Origin: Candidatus Adlerbacteria bacterium
Lineage (GTDB): Bacteria; Patescibacteriota; Minisyncoccia; Phycocordibacterales; SBAW01
Direction: 5' to 3'
Length of the DNA: 64,000 nucleotides
Assembly (NCBI GenBank): GCA_029288895.1
Contig: JARIGK010000002.1
Coordinates: 94,986 to 158,985, forward strand
Shown here: positions 1 to 9,650 of the stretch, in pieces
Layout: every line of letters begins with the position of its first letter
How positions within the stretch are numbered: position 1 is the stretch's first letter
Notes under the pieces: model-generated
Databases searched by the model: none
Told to the model about the DNA's origin: nothing
Seen by the model: the letters and a program-made list of their open reading frames with translations, nothing else
Program-made: the position numbers and the translations under genes

Positions 1-643
1 TTTTTTGTTTTTGTAAGCTCGACGCGTTCGCGGAGGCTCAAAAGTTTGCCGTCCACCAACGCACGCTCATACCCCTTACCGAGCATGTCATATAACATCT
101 GGTAGTACTCACCTTTGCGGCCAACAACAACTGGCGCATAAATACGCACCGTGTCTTCGTTAATCTCAACACCCATCACCTTCTTTGTTTTCTTTGGGGT
201 GCTTTTAGTAACAGAGTCGACAATGCCGTGGATAATTTCTTCGTTCGAAAGTTTTTTAATTTCGCGGCCACACACAATACAGTGTGGCTTGCCAACGCGC
301 GCAAAAAGCACACGCAAATAGTCGTAAATTTCCGTAATCGTCGCCACGGTCGAGCGTGGGTTGTTAGAACGCGACTTTTGATCAATAGAAATAGCTGGAG
401 AAAGGCCCGTGATTTCTTCAACATCAGGCTTCTGCATCTGGCGCAAAAATTGGCGTGCGTATGAGGAAAGTGACTCGATATAGCGGCGCTGGCCTTCGGC
501 AAAAATAGTGTCGAACGCCAAAGACGACTTCCCGCTTCCGGAAAGCCCCGTAAACACAACCATTTTGTTTCGCGGAATGGAGAGCGAAATATCCTTCAGA
601 TTGTGTGTTTTTGCACCTTTAATTGTGATTTTATCTTCCATGG
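1..643 (-). CDS. uvrA: Excinuclease ABC subunit A, N-terminal part (gene continues past window start)
   Basis: Reverse translation from ATG at 643 gives [66 protein letters not shown], the canonical UvrA N-terminus with Walker A. Confidence 0.85.
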
Positions 644-757
644 TCTTCTAGAGACGCACACTGCCCCCAGGCAAGCGCCGTAGGGGTTAGTAGGAGCATT
701 CTAGCAGATTAGAGGCCTCTCTGCATACAGTCCTCTTCATCCAATGCATAGACATCG

Positions 758-1150
758 ATGCTACAACTCGTACTAGACCAACGTTCCTCATCCACTCATA
801 TCATAGCGGGGCGCTATATGCTCAAGTTCGTAATCGTCATCCTCTACGTCATATGCATCACTCTCGACCTCATTACGCTTATGCTCGGGTTTCGGCATAC
901 GCACGAGCTTGATTGGTCGATTGTTGCATCTGTTGCGTTTCTCGGCGTGCTTGCCTGGGAAGCATCTATATCAATTCGTTTCCATCCAACAATGGCAGCA
1001 CTGGCGCTTGTAAGCGTGCTGTGGACATGGTGGGAGCACAGCAATGAAATTATCAACCTCGAGCCGCACGCTCTGATACATATCGCGTGGAGTCTGGGCC
1101 TTTTTGTCGCAATGTACTTGCAAGCCAGGCTCACGTACGAAAAATACTAA
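758..1150 (+). CDS. Hypothetical small membrane protein (about 4 predicted TM helices)
   Basis: 130-aa ORF between uvrA and uvrB with several hydrophobic helices; no recognised family; 3' end overlaps uvrB stop. Confidence 0.35.
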   Translation: MLQLVLDQRSSSTHIIAGRYMLKFVIVILYVICITLDLITLMLGFRHTHELDWSIVASVAFLGVLAWEASISIRFHPTMAALALVSVLWTWWEHSNEIINLEPHALIHIAWSLGLFVAMYLQARLTYEKY

Positions 1151-3189
1151 CGGCCCTTTCGGCCGTTCTTCTTTTTCGGCTCCTTCCCCATCAGCACAGC
1201 AATTTCATCGCGAATAATTGCGGCAGTTTCAAAGTCGAGTTCTTTTACCGCTTCGTCCATCTGCTTCTTTTTATCAGCCAAGAATTTCTTTGGGTTCTTT
1301 TCGAACAGCTCTTTGTCGATATCGAGCAGTACACCCACAGCCTTACCATGCTCGGTACGCAGCTGGTCGGTGATATCTTTGATTGCCTTGTGCACTGTCT
1401 TTGGCGTAATGCCGTGCTTTGTGTTGTACGCCATCTGCAACTCGCGGCGGCGCGCAGTTTCGCCCATAGCTTTTTCAAGCGAGCCTGTCATCTGGTCGGC
1501 ATACACAATGACGCGGCCGTTGACGTTGCGCGCAGCGCGGCCAATAGTTTGGATAAGCGATGTTTCCGAACGGAGGAATCCTTCTTTGTCGGCATCCAAA
1601 ATTGCCACCAACTCTACTTCGGGCAAGTCCAAGCCTTCGCGCAGCAAGTTCACACCCACGAGCACGTCATATTCGCCTTTGCGGAACTCAGTAAGGATAG
1701 TGATGCGGTCGAGCGTGAGCACTTCGCTATGGATATACGCAGCTTTAAATTTCCTATCCTTCAAAAACTCCGACAAATCTTCTGCCATCTTTTTGGTAAG
1801 CGTTGTGACCAAGACACGGCCACCACCCTTGATGACTTTTTCTGCCTCTTTCAAGAAATCTTGTACTTGGCCGAGTTGTTTGGTTGAACCGGTAACCGGA
1901 CGGACGATAATTTCTGGGTCGACCAAGCCTGTCGGGCGGATAATTTGCTCGACAACATTTTTGCCCGAGTGCTCTTTTTCGTACGGTCCTGGTGTTGCCG
2001 AGGTATACACCACTTGCCCCACATCCTTTTGGAATTCTTCAAATTGCAATGGGCGGTTGTCTATTGCCGATGGTAGTCGGAAGCCGAACTCGATCAAATT
2101 TTCTTTGCGCGCCCTGTCGCCTGCATACATGCCCGCAATTTGCGGCACCGTAACGTGGCTTTCGTCGATTACCGTCAAAAAGTCGGGCGCGCCATCGGCT
2201 TTGTGTGGGAAGTAATCAAGCAAGGTAAACGGCGGCTGGCCCGGTTTGCGGCCGTCAAAGTGGCGCGAGTAGTTTTCGATACCAGGGCAAACGCCAATCT
2301 CGCGGATAAGTGCGATGTCGTGGTTGGTGCGGCGTTTTAGACGTTCGGCTTCCAAGACTTTGCCTGCGCGTTCAAGTATCGCCAAACGCTCTTTCAATTC
2401 ATGTTTGATATCTTCGATGGCGCGCGTTCGCTCATCTGCTGGCGTAACATAATGTTTTGCTGGAAAGAGGAACAGCGAGTCCAACGATTCGCGTTCTGCG
2501 CGCGAGACCGCATCAATCACGCGGACACGTGCAACAACATCGCCCTCAAATTCGACGCGGTACAAAACGCGCTCGCCTGTCGGCATAATCTCGACACTGT
2601 TGCCAAGTGCGCGGAATTTGCCCGGCGCCAGGTCTGCAGTCGTGCGCTCGAAGTACACCGCGATAAGGTCGCGGATGAGTTCAGCACGATTCTTGTGCAT
2701 GCCGGTCTTCAATTCAATGTGCACTTTGCGATACTCCTCAGGGCTGCCAAGCGCGTAGATGCACGAGACAGACGCAACAATAATCACATCGCTGCGCGAA
2801 AGAAGCGCTTGCGTGGATGCATGGCGCAAACGGTCAATCTCTTCGTTGATCTGCGCCTCTTTTTCGATGTAGGTGTCGCTGTGCGGGATGTACGCCTCCG
2901 GCTGGTAGTAGTCGTAGTACGACACAAAGTAGTGCACGGCATTGTCGGGGAAGAACTCGCGATACTCCTGTGCCAACTGCGCGGCAAGCGTTTTGTTGTG
3001 TGCAATAACAAGTGTCGGCTTTCCGATTTTCTGTATCACATTCGCGATGGTGTAGGTTTTGCCCGAGCCAGTCACACCCAAGAGCGTCTGGTCGCGCTTC
3101 CCTTCCTTAATACCTTTCACCAACGCATCAATAGCCTTGGGTTGGTCCCCGGCTGGTGCGTAGTTGGATTTCAAGTTAAATCCGGCCAT
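1147..3189 (-). CDS. uvrB: Excinuclease ABC subunit B
   Basis: 680 aa; N-terminus MAGFNLKSNYAPAGDQPKAID, GSGKT Walker A, helicase motifs, C-terminal UVR coiled coil. Confidence 0.95.
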   Translation of the reverse strand: MAGFNLKSNYAPAGDQPKAIDALVKGIKEGKRDQTLLGVTGSGKTYTIANVIQKIGKPTLVIAHNKTLAAQLAQEYREFFPDNAVHYFVSYYDYYQPEAYIPHSDTYIEKEAQINEEIDRLRHASTQALLSRSDVIIVASVSCIYALGSPEEYRKVHIELKTGMHKNRAELIRDLIAVYFERTTADLAPGKFRALGNSVEIMPTGERVLYRVEFEGDVVARVRVIDAVSRAERESLDSLFLFPAKHYVTPADERTRAIEDIKHELKERLAILERAGKVLEAERLKRRTNHDIALIREIGVCPGIENYSRHFDGRKPGQPPFTLLDYFPHKADGAPDFLTVIDESHVTVPQIAGMYAGDRARKENLIEFGFRLPSAIDNRPLQFEEFQKDVGQVVYTSATPGPYEKEHSGKNVVEQIIRPTGLVDPEIIVRPVTGSTKQLGQVQDFLKEAEKVIKGGGRVLVTTLTKKMAEDLSEFLKDRKFKAAYIHSEVLTLDRITILTEFRKGEYDVLVGVNLLREGLDLPEVELVAILDADKEGFLRSETSLIQTIGRAARNVNGRVIVYADQMTGSLEKAMGETARRRELQMAYNTKHGITPKTVHKAIKDITDQLRTEHGKAVGVLLDIDKELFEKNPKKFLADKKKQMDEAVKELDFETAAIIRDEIAVLMGKEPKKKNGRKGR

Positions 3190-3212
3190 CCGCCCACTAT
3201 ATCAAACCCGGA

Positions 3213-4469
3213 CTACTTTCTGTACTTCTCAAGGAAGCCGTCTTTAAACTGGTCGAACTGGTCGTTTAAGATCGCTTCGCGGATTTGCTTGCAGAGGTTC
3301 GTGAGGAAGAAGATGTTGTGCATCGAGGCCAAGATGGGGCCGAGCATTTCGTGCGTGCGGAAGAGATGGTGCACGTAGGCGCGCGTGTGATTTTTACATA
3401 CTGGACACGCACACCCTTCGTCCAACGGCCCATAATCATATTGATACTGCGCATTAGGAATTTGGATCTTCCCTTCTGATGTGTACAAACCTCCCGTGCG
3501 GCCGTTGCGAGTTGGAGTAACACAATCGAAGGTGTCGACACCGTGCGCAGCACCCAACAAAATATCTTCCGGCTCGCCCACACCCAAACCGTGGACTGGC
3601 ATGCCAGCTGGAAGTTCTTTTAACATTTCGAGTGCCGACTGCAACGAATTGCCGCCGTATTTGCGGCTAAAGGAGCCTCCCAACCCAAACCCATCAAAGC
3701 CCATCTCGCCAATAGTGCGAGCGCTTTCCTTTCGTAAATCATCAAACTGCCCGCCTTGGCCGATGCCATAGATACCTTGCGTTTTGTTTGCTTCAAAATT
3801 TTGACGATGCGCTTGCAATGAACGCTTTGCCCATGCATGCGTGCGCTCCATCGCCTCCTTTTGCTCTTCGTAAGAATCAGTTGGCGCCGTGCATTGATCG
3901 AATGCGAAGAAAATGTCGGCACCCAAACGATGCTGGATCTCAACAGAACGCTCAGGCGTAAAGCGATGGAGTGAACCATCCAAGTGGGATGTAAATGTTA
4001 CGCCTTCGTCATCTACTATTGCGAGCTTGCCATGGGAGGTTGCCAGTTCTTCGTCGTAGAACGCAGGAGAAAAACTCTCAGCGGAAGGGCGAGGTATATC
4101 TCCCTGAAGCGGAAAGTTTTTCTCCGCAGATGTAAACTTAGAAACTTTCTTGCCAAAGCCAGTGCCGAGAGAAAACACTTGGAAGCCGCCCGAATCGGTA
4201 ATCGTCGGGCCATTCCAATTCATAAACTTTGCCAACCCCCCGGCTTTTTCGACGGCATCCAAGCCAGACAAATAAAGATGGTACGTGTTTGAGATATATG
4301 TCTGGATACCAAGCCAGTCGAACTTGGCAGACTCTATGCCTTTAATGTCGGCCTTGGTTGCCACTGGCACAAACGCTGGCGTTTGAATATCACCATGCGG
4401 CGTATGCAAAACCCCGGCGCGCGCACCGCCGGGGAGTTGTTTTACGATTTCAAGACGTACAGGTTGCAC
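3213..4469 (-). CDS. tgt: Queuine tRNA-ribosyltransferase (418 aa, with about 35-aa internal insertion)
   Basis: DSGGFQ, FDQCT, LGGS motifs and zinc motif CxCxxC...H near C-terminus; insertion between FSLG and IVDDEGVTF corresponds to a palindromic repeat element. Confidence 0.9.
   Translation of the reverse strand: MQPVRLEIVKQLPGGARAGVLHTPHGDIQTPAFVPVATKADIKGIESAKFDWLGIQTYISNTYHLYLSGLDAVEKAGGLAKFMNWNGPTITDSGGFQVFSLGTGFGKKVSKFTSAEKNFPLQGDIPRPSAESFSPAFYDEELATSHGKLAIVDDEGVTFTSHLDGSLHRFTPERSVEIQHRLGADIFFAFDQCTAPTDSYEEQKEAMERTHAWAKRSLQAHRQNFEANKTQGIYGIGQGGQFDDLRKESARTIGEMGFDGFGLGGSFSRKYGGNSLQSALEMLKELPAGMPVHGLGVGEPEDILLGAAHGVDTFDCVTPTRNGRTGGLYTSEGKIQIPNAQYQYDYGPLDEGCACPVCKNHTRAYVHHLFRTHEMLGPILASMHNIFFLTNLCKQIREAILNDQFDQFKDGFLEKYRK
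4063..4129. repeat. Palindromic RPE-like mini-element copy 1 (about 67 bp, 14-bp terminal inverted repeats) inserted in-frame in tgt
   Basis: TIRs gcaggagaaaaact / agtttttctccgcag; 25-nt core cagggagatatacctcgcccttccg (tgt coding strand) identical to the copy at 29984..30008. Confidence 0.7.
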
Positions 4470-4474
4470 GTGGA

Positions 4475-4966
4475 CTAGTTCGCCGCCCCAGGGTTCGTTG
4501 CAGGCGCAACACCCACAAGCGTCACTTCAAAGATAAGCGTCGAGTTGCCAGGGATAGGGCCGTAGTCTTGTGCGCCATAGCCCAACTGTGGAGGGATGAT
4601 GAGCAAGCGCTTGCCGCCCACTTTCATGCCCTGAAGGCCTTGATCCCAGCCCGGGATAACCTGGCCTATGCCGAGCGTAAATTGGATCGGCTTTTTGCCA
4701 ATAGACGAATCAAAGACTGTGCCGTTCTGCAATTTGCCCGTGTAGTCGACCGTCACGACATCGCCTGCATGCGCCTCGGCACCAGTGCCGACAGTTTCAT
4801 CCTGCGCGACCAACGAGCCGCTCTGTGATGCTGCCGCTGCTGCACTATTGTCTGACTGCTGCATAGAAGTAGAAAAAGGATTAAATACAATAAAAAAGAA
4901 TGCTACGACGACGAGCGATACTGCAACTGCAATACCAATTTTGAGCTTGTTCTTATCCATAGGCAA
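4475..4966 (-). CDS. FKBP-type peptidyl-prolyl cis-trans isomerase, membrane-anchored
   Basis: N-terminal TM helix; FKBP domain [19 protein letters not shown]...[33 protein letters not shown]. Confidence 0.85.
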   Translation of the reverse strand: MPMDKNKLKIGIAVAVSLVVVAFFFIVFNPFSTSMQQSDNSAAAAASQSGSLVAQDETVGTGAEAHAGDVVTVDYTGKLQNGTVFDSSIGKKPIQFTLGIGQVIPGWDQGLQGMKVGGKRLLIIPPQLGYGAQDYGPIPGNSTLIFEVTLVGVAPATNPGAAN

Positions 4967-4978
4967 ACGATACCCTGC

Positions 4979-5344
4979 TTACATCATGCCCGCAACCTGG
5001 GCGTTGGTGACAATAAGCGATATTGCAAACATTGCAACCAGGGCGCCGCTAAAGAGCATTTCGGGCTGCTGGATCTGCACATGGATAAAGAAGGTAAACA
5101 ATAGCGCAATAATGAGCATGGTTGCGATGGTGCCTAAAATCCATGGCTCAATATCGCGCGAGTCGACAGAGAAACGGGCAAACTGGCGAGACAATGATTG
5201 CGAAAGCGACTGTGCTTCGCCCGCGGGCGTTGGTGCTGTGGCTACAGCAGCGGCCATTGGTACAGCCATGCTTTGATCGACAAAAAAGCTTGAGACAAAC
5301 ATGCCTTCGGTGACAAAAATTACTGCAACAAAAAATGCGAGCAT
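4979..5344 (-). CDS. Hypothetical membrane protein
   Basis: ORF trimmed to ATG at 5344 preceded by GAGGAAGG RBS; three hydrophobic segments; first gene of a minus-strand run with the FKBP gene and tgt. Confidence 0.4.
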   Translation of the reverse strand: MLAFFVAVIFVTEGMFVSSFFVDQSMAVPMAAAVATAPTPAGEAQSLSQSLSRQFARFSVDSRDIEPWILGTIATMLIIALLFTFFIHVQIQQPEMLFSGALVAMFAISLIVTNAQVAGMM

Positions 5345-5478
5345 TTCCTTCCTCAATATATGAGGGCGATAGTTATTGCGCTGCGATGGCACAAAGTGCC
5401 GATGTATCTTTTCGCGCATGTACATGCAGAAATTTTACCATATGGTATTGTCACGGCAGGAGCACAAGGAGGCAAACA

Positions 5479-5846
5479 TGTTTCGATACATCACGATTCC
5501 ATTGTGGCATGTGTGGTACGGGAGCAGAGTTCCAGATCTCGCTTCCGCAACACTCAAGTTCATCCGTCGTCGTCGCTTTATGTGGTTTCCACCCAAGAGC
5601 GCACAGCATCTTTCAGAGGCTGAACGTTATCGAGTACTGACCGATATCGATTTCCAATTTCAACAGACACAGCTCGCGCTCATCCGAAAGCGCGACAAGT
5701 GTCATGAACAAGGTATCGGGCCCCTGGATCGGCGCTATCCCGATATTTTTGAGATCGACCATGAATGGGGTTTCCGCGACACTCTTTCACCCATGGTCAG
5801 ACGCTGGGAAAGACTCGGGCGCGTGTCACCAACCAAGCCGGCATAA
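5479..5846 (+). CDS. Hypothetical protein
   Basis: ATG at 5479 preceded by AGGAGG RBS; followed by hairpin plus T-run near 5834..5860; no recognised domain. Confidence 0.45.
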
Positions 5847-5878
5847 GTCGGCTTTTTTCTTTGCTATACTTTTTAGTA

Positions 5879-6709
5879 ATGAAGAAGTTTGTTGTTGGCG
5901 TGCTGATGTTTGTATTGCCATGGGTGGCAAGCGCCGCCGGCTTTGCACAGTCGCCCATCTTTTTGTCGAAGACGCCTGCCGTCGAAGGCCAGCGAGTACG
6001 CGTCTACACTATTGTTTCCAACGACACATCCGCCCCCTTTACCGGGATAGTCATTATGGCAGTCGACGGCATCAAACTCGGCAGCCCTGCAGCAACAATT
6101 GCCGCAGGCGCAGCACAAACCGTTTCGGTAAATTGGACACCAACCGCGGGCACCCACACCATTTCGGCACAGCTCACCAACAACGACGGCACCAGTGTGC
6201 AGCAAGTCTCGCAAGATTTTACGGTTGCAAGCAATGAGCCTGCCCCCACAAATACATCGAACAGTCTTTCTGGAACGAATGCATTTGGTAATGCTGCTGC
6301 AGCCGCAGGCAGTGTCGGCAGCGCACATGTCGAACCATCGACAGATATTCAAGACTCAATAAAAAGCTTCTCCCCTGCAACAGAAAATGTTGTAGCGCCT
6401 GTCTTCAACGCAATCGACACAGGCCGCGCCGCTGCAGCCACCCAAATCCAAAAAGCAGCACAATGGTCGAAGGATCAAACAAACACGTCAATAAAATCAC
6501 CCGTGAGTGGTTTTGTAAAAACGCCTGACACCAAAACACAAAACAAAGTAGCAACTGGTTTTTGGAGCGTGCTCGCAACCGGAATGTTATGGATATTTAA
6601 TGCGCTGCTCTTTATTATCACAAACGCAGGTGTCTTCTACCCTGTCCTTGCGATACTCATCGCCTACATTTTGTGGCGCTGCTGGAAGCGCTATCGCCGC
6701 CCCTACTAA
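5879..6709 (+). CDS. Hypothetical secreted protein with C-terminal membrane anchor
   Basis: Signal peptide MKKFVVGVLMFVLPWVASA, Thr/Ala-rich low-complexity body, hydrophobic C-terminal segments. Confidence 0.5.
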   Translation: MKKFVVGVLMFVLPWVASAAGFAQSPIFLSKTPAVEGQRVRVYTIVSNDTSAPFTGIVIMAVDGIKLGSPAATIAAGAAQTVSVNWTPTAGTHTISAQLTNNDGTSVQQVSQDFTVASNEPAPTNTSNSLSGTNAFGNAAAAAGSVGSAHVEPSTDIQDSIKSFSPATENVVAPVFNAIDTGRAAAATQIQKAAQWSKDQTNTSIKSPVSGFVKTPDTKTQNKVATGFWSVLATGMLWIFNALLFIITNAGVFYPVLAILIAYILWRCWKRYRRPY

Positions 6710-7131
6710 TTTTTAGTTGTGCGCCAGTGCCACACTGCGAGGCCAAACAATACAAGTGTCGTGAGCGCTGAAATCGCGCAGTACTGGCACAGTGCGCCAA
6801 TCACAAAGTATTGGAAAAGTTCGAAGAAAATAGAAAACGCGAGACCGATAGTTGCATACGCCATAAGACCTATGCGGAGACCTTTTGAATATGGGTCGAT
6901 AGCGAGCAACACCGCGAGCGCCAACATATACACGTAATACACGAGGCCAATGTGTGCCAATGTCACACCAAATACGCTCGAATATGGGCTGTTAAGCACG
7001 CGCTCGCATCCGTGGAGCACCAAACACCCAGGCACGACGCCATGCAATTTTTCGTACACCAAGTACAAGGTGTCACCGATGCCAATAAATGTTGTGGCAA
7101 TGAGCCAGTATGGCGTGAGAATTACTTTCAT
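6706..7131 (-). CDS. Vitamin K epoxide reductase (VKOR) family membrane protein
   Basis: 141 aa, 4 TM helices, loop cysteine pair (GCLVLHGCE) and CQYC motif in the last TM helix, consistent with VKOR disulfide-generating enzymes. Confidence 0.55.
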   Translation of the reverse strand: MKVILTPYWLIATTFIGIGDTLYLVYEKLHGVVPGCLVLHGCERVLNSPYSSVFGVTLAHIGLVYYVYMLALAVLLAIDPYSKGLRIGLMAYATIGLAFSIFFELFQYFVIGALCQYCAISALTTLVLFGLAVWHWRTTKN

Positions 7132-7670
7132 TGTGTAAATGTAACACTGGAAAGGAGGTTCTTGAAGTCGGTGCGGATGGCGTCATCGGCCTTCATCCAG
7201 GATGCGGCAAAGATATAGACCGCGCCGCTGTGTTCGACAGCAACCGCATCAGACTCGTACAAGCCACTATAGCGATATGCGAGTGCAGGCTGGCCTGCCA
7301 CTGTTGTTTGCGTAATCTTTTTGTCGGGCGAGAGATAGAAGTTGGTAATAGATGAATCACGCACCCATTGCTCGAGCGTTGTTGTTGCTGGGCGTGCGAC
7401 TTTGATGATTGAGATAGCGGTCGGACCCTTGCTCATGTCGGGCACCGTGCTTGATGCATCAATGAGGGTTAATATCTGCACCGGCATGCCATTAAAACTA
7501 TCGTGGCGAGCGTTCAGGTCGTACGTTGGCGGGTACGTAAACGCCAACCCTATTTCATTTGAGCGGTACGAGCCTTCCGTTATTGCAGAGTGGCTGCCCA
7601 TGCGCGATGCGTACCATACGCCCGCACCTGCTACGAGCAGAAGTATCGCAATTACAGAAAGGCGTTTCAT
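7128..7670 (-). CDS. Hypothetical secreted protein
   Basis: Start trimmed to MKRLSVIAILLLVAGAGVWYAS (signal/anchor); no recognised family. Confidence 0.5.
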   Translation of the reverse strand: MKRLSVIAILLLVAGAGVWYASRMGSHSAITEGSYRSNEIGLAFTYPPTYDLNARHDSFNGMPVQILTLIDASSTVPDMSKGPTAISIIKVARPATTTLEQWVRDSSITNFYLSPDKKITQTTVAGQPALAYRYSGLYESDAVAVEHSGAVYIFAASWMKADDAIRTDFKNLLSSVTFTQ

Positions 7671-7671
7671 A

Positions 7672-8217
7672 CTATTTAAGTAAGTCTTTAAACTTCGTTT
7701 CGACTTTCTCGACCTTGGGCGCAATCACAAGCTGGCAGTACCCCGCGCCTTTATTTCGCTCGTAATAATTTTTGTGATAGTCCTCCGCTGGGAAGTAGTT
7801 TTCGAACGGGCGGACGTCTGTGACGATGGGTTTTACAAACCCTCCTTTATTTAAGACTGATATGTAGTGCTCGGCTTTTTCTTTTTGGCGAGGAGTTGTG
7901 TAGAAGATAGCAGAATGATATTGCGGGCCAACATCATTCCCTTGCCTGTTTGGAGTTGTTGGGTCATGGCTCGCAAAAAATACGCGAAGTAACTCTTCGA
8001 ATGCAATTTCGTCTGGATTAAATTCGATTTTGATGACTTCAATATGGCCCGTGGTGCCGGTGCAGACCTGTTCGTAGGTTGGATGCATCACATGCCCGCC
8101 TGCGTAGCCAGGCTCGACCGCTTTCACTCCCTTTATCATTAAAAAAACTGCTTCGGTGCACCAAAAGCATCCTCCGCCAAACGCCACTGTCTCTATAATG
8201 TTATCCACATCTTGCAT
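7672..8217 (-). CDS. msrA: Peptide methionine sulfoxide reductase MsrA
   Basis: GGGCFWC active-site motif and full-length MsrA similarity (181 aa). Confidence 0.9.
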   Translation of the reverse strand: MQDVDNIIETVAFGGGCFWCTEAVFLMIKGVKAVEPGYAGGHVMHPTYEQVCTGTTGHIEVIKIEFNPDEIAFEELLRVFFASHDPTTPNRQGNDVGPQYHSAIFYTTPRQKEKAEHYISVLNKGGFVKPIVTDVRPFENYFPAEDYHKNYYERNKGAGYCQLVIAPKVEKVETKFKDLLK

Positions 8218-8374
8218 TATACGACATTTACTTTATTATCGTTGTTCTGGAAGCTGGTTTGTGTTTCGAACTCGTATCAGATGGTGGACGGATGGCCGTA
8301 CGACCTCGGTCTCGCTAGACCTACTACATTGTCTGACAGACTTCAGTTTTACCAACTTCCAGGACCGCTCTTTC

Positions 8375-8408
8375 GCCGACACCTCGTGTGTCGGCTTTTT
8401 CTTTTATT
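8375..8408 (+). terminator. Intrinsic terminator (plus-strand polarity)
   Basis: gccgacac ctcgt gtgtcggc hairpin followed by TTTTTCTTTTATTT; minus-strand flank lacks a U-run. Confidence 0.5.
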
Positions 8409-9570
8409 TCTCTTTTTTCTCGTCTTTCACTTTCAAGTATTTTTTGTTTTTAAGTTTGTCGGGCAAGTACGATTCTTTATCGTAGAGTTTGTAGCCCTTG
8501 TGATAGTCCAAATCGCGCATCAACTTTGTTGGCGCATTACGGATTCGTAGCGGCACAGGCAAGTTTCCTAGTTTCTGCACATCAGCCAGCGCTTCAAAAT
8601 ACGCATCATAACTTTCCCTACTCTTTTTGCATCGCGCTAAATATGCCGCCCCGTGCGCCAAGTTTATCTGTGCTTCGGGGTAGCCAATTTTTTCGCACGC
8701 CTCAAACACAGCATTTGCCACCACAAGCGCCGTCGGTACTGCCAAGCCAATATCTTCGCTGGCAAAAATCACCATGCGCCGCGCAATAAACAGCGGGTCC
8801 TCGCCCGCATCAACCATCCGTGCCAAATAGTAGAGCGCCGCATCCGCCTGCCCTGCGCGCATACTTTTAATAAAGGCAGAAATGGTGTTGTAGTGCTCCT
8901 CGCCTTTTTTGTCGTAGCGCAGATGCTTGCTCTGTACAGTTTCTTTGAGCGTCTCGAGCGTTATTTTGCCGTACAACCCTTGTGCGTTTTCGAGCACGCC
9001 AAGCGCCTGGCGCGCATCACCGCCCGCCATTTGCACGAGCCATTCCTTCGCATCTTTTGGAACTTTAAGTTTTGTGCGCTTGATGATCTTTTCCATGTCA
9101 TCTTCGTTGAGCTCGTTCAACACAAAGACACGGCAGCGCGAAAGAAGTGCCGAGATTACCTCAAACGAGGGGTTCTCAGTTGTCGCACCAATAAGCGTGA
9201 TGTCGCCGCGCTCGACAAACGGCAGCAAAAAATCCTGCTGCGCTTTATTAAAGCGATGTATTTCGTCGATAAAAAGAATCTTCGGCTTGCCGGAGAAATT
9301 AATCTTTCCGCTCGCAAGCACTTGCTTGATATCATCTTTGCCCGAGTCGACGGCCGAGAGCTCGAAGAATTCTGCATCAAGCGCATTGGCATAGATACGT
9401 GCAAGCGTTGTCTTACCCGAGCCCGGCGGGCCCCACAATATAAACGAGAAGAGGTGCTTCCCTTCTATTGCCTCGCGCAACGGCTTGCCTTTGCCCACCA
9501 AATGTTCTTGGCCAAAGAAATCACCAAGCGACTGCGGACGGATTTTGGATGCCAAAGGCTCAGGACTCAT
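8404..9570 (-). CDS. rarA: Replication-associated recombination protein A (AAA+ ATPase)
   Basis: GPPGSGKTTLA Walker A, DEIHRFNK Walker B/sensor, MgsA C-terminal domain; start trimmed to MSPEPLASK at 9570. Confidence 0.85.
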   Translation of the reverse strand: MSPEPLASKIRPQSLGDFFGQEHLVGKGKPLREAIEGKHLFSFILWGPPGSGKTTLARIYANALDAEFFELSAVDSGKDDIKQVLASGKINFSGKPKILFIDEIHRFNKAQQDFLLPFVERGDITLIGATTENPSFEVISALLSRCRVFVLNELNEDDMEKIIKRTKLKVPKDAKEWLVQMAGGDARQALGVLENAQGLYGKITLETLKETVQSKHLRYDKKGEEHYNTISAFIKSMRAGQADAALYYLARMVDAGEDPLFIARRMVIFASEDIGLAVPTALVVANAVFEACEKIGYPEAQINLAHGAAYLARCKKSRESYDAYFEALADVQKLGNLPVPLRIRNAPTKLMRDLDYHKGYKLYDKESYLPDKLKNKKYLKVKDEKKEK

Positions 9571-9650
9571 ACCAGCCAGTATACAAAATCGCCCCACATG
9601 CGCCTTTCTGTATACTTCATGCGTATACACTACAAACAAGGGGTATTTTC

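Noticed and set aside
1087-3378. Long plus-strand ORFs (1087..1887, 1313..2215, 2401..3378) antisense to uvrB
   Set aside because: They lie entirely within the strongly supported uvrB CDS on the opposite strand and have no domain signatures or RBS. These are typical antisense artefacts in a GC-balanced gene.
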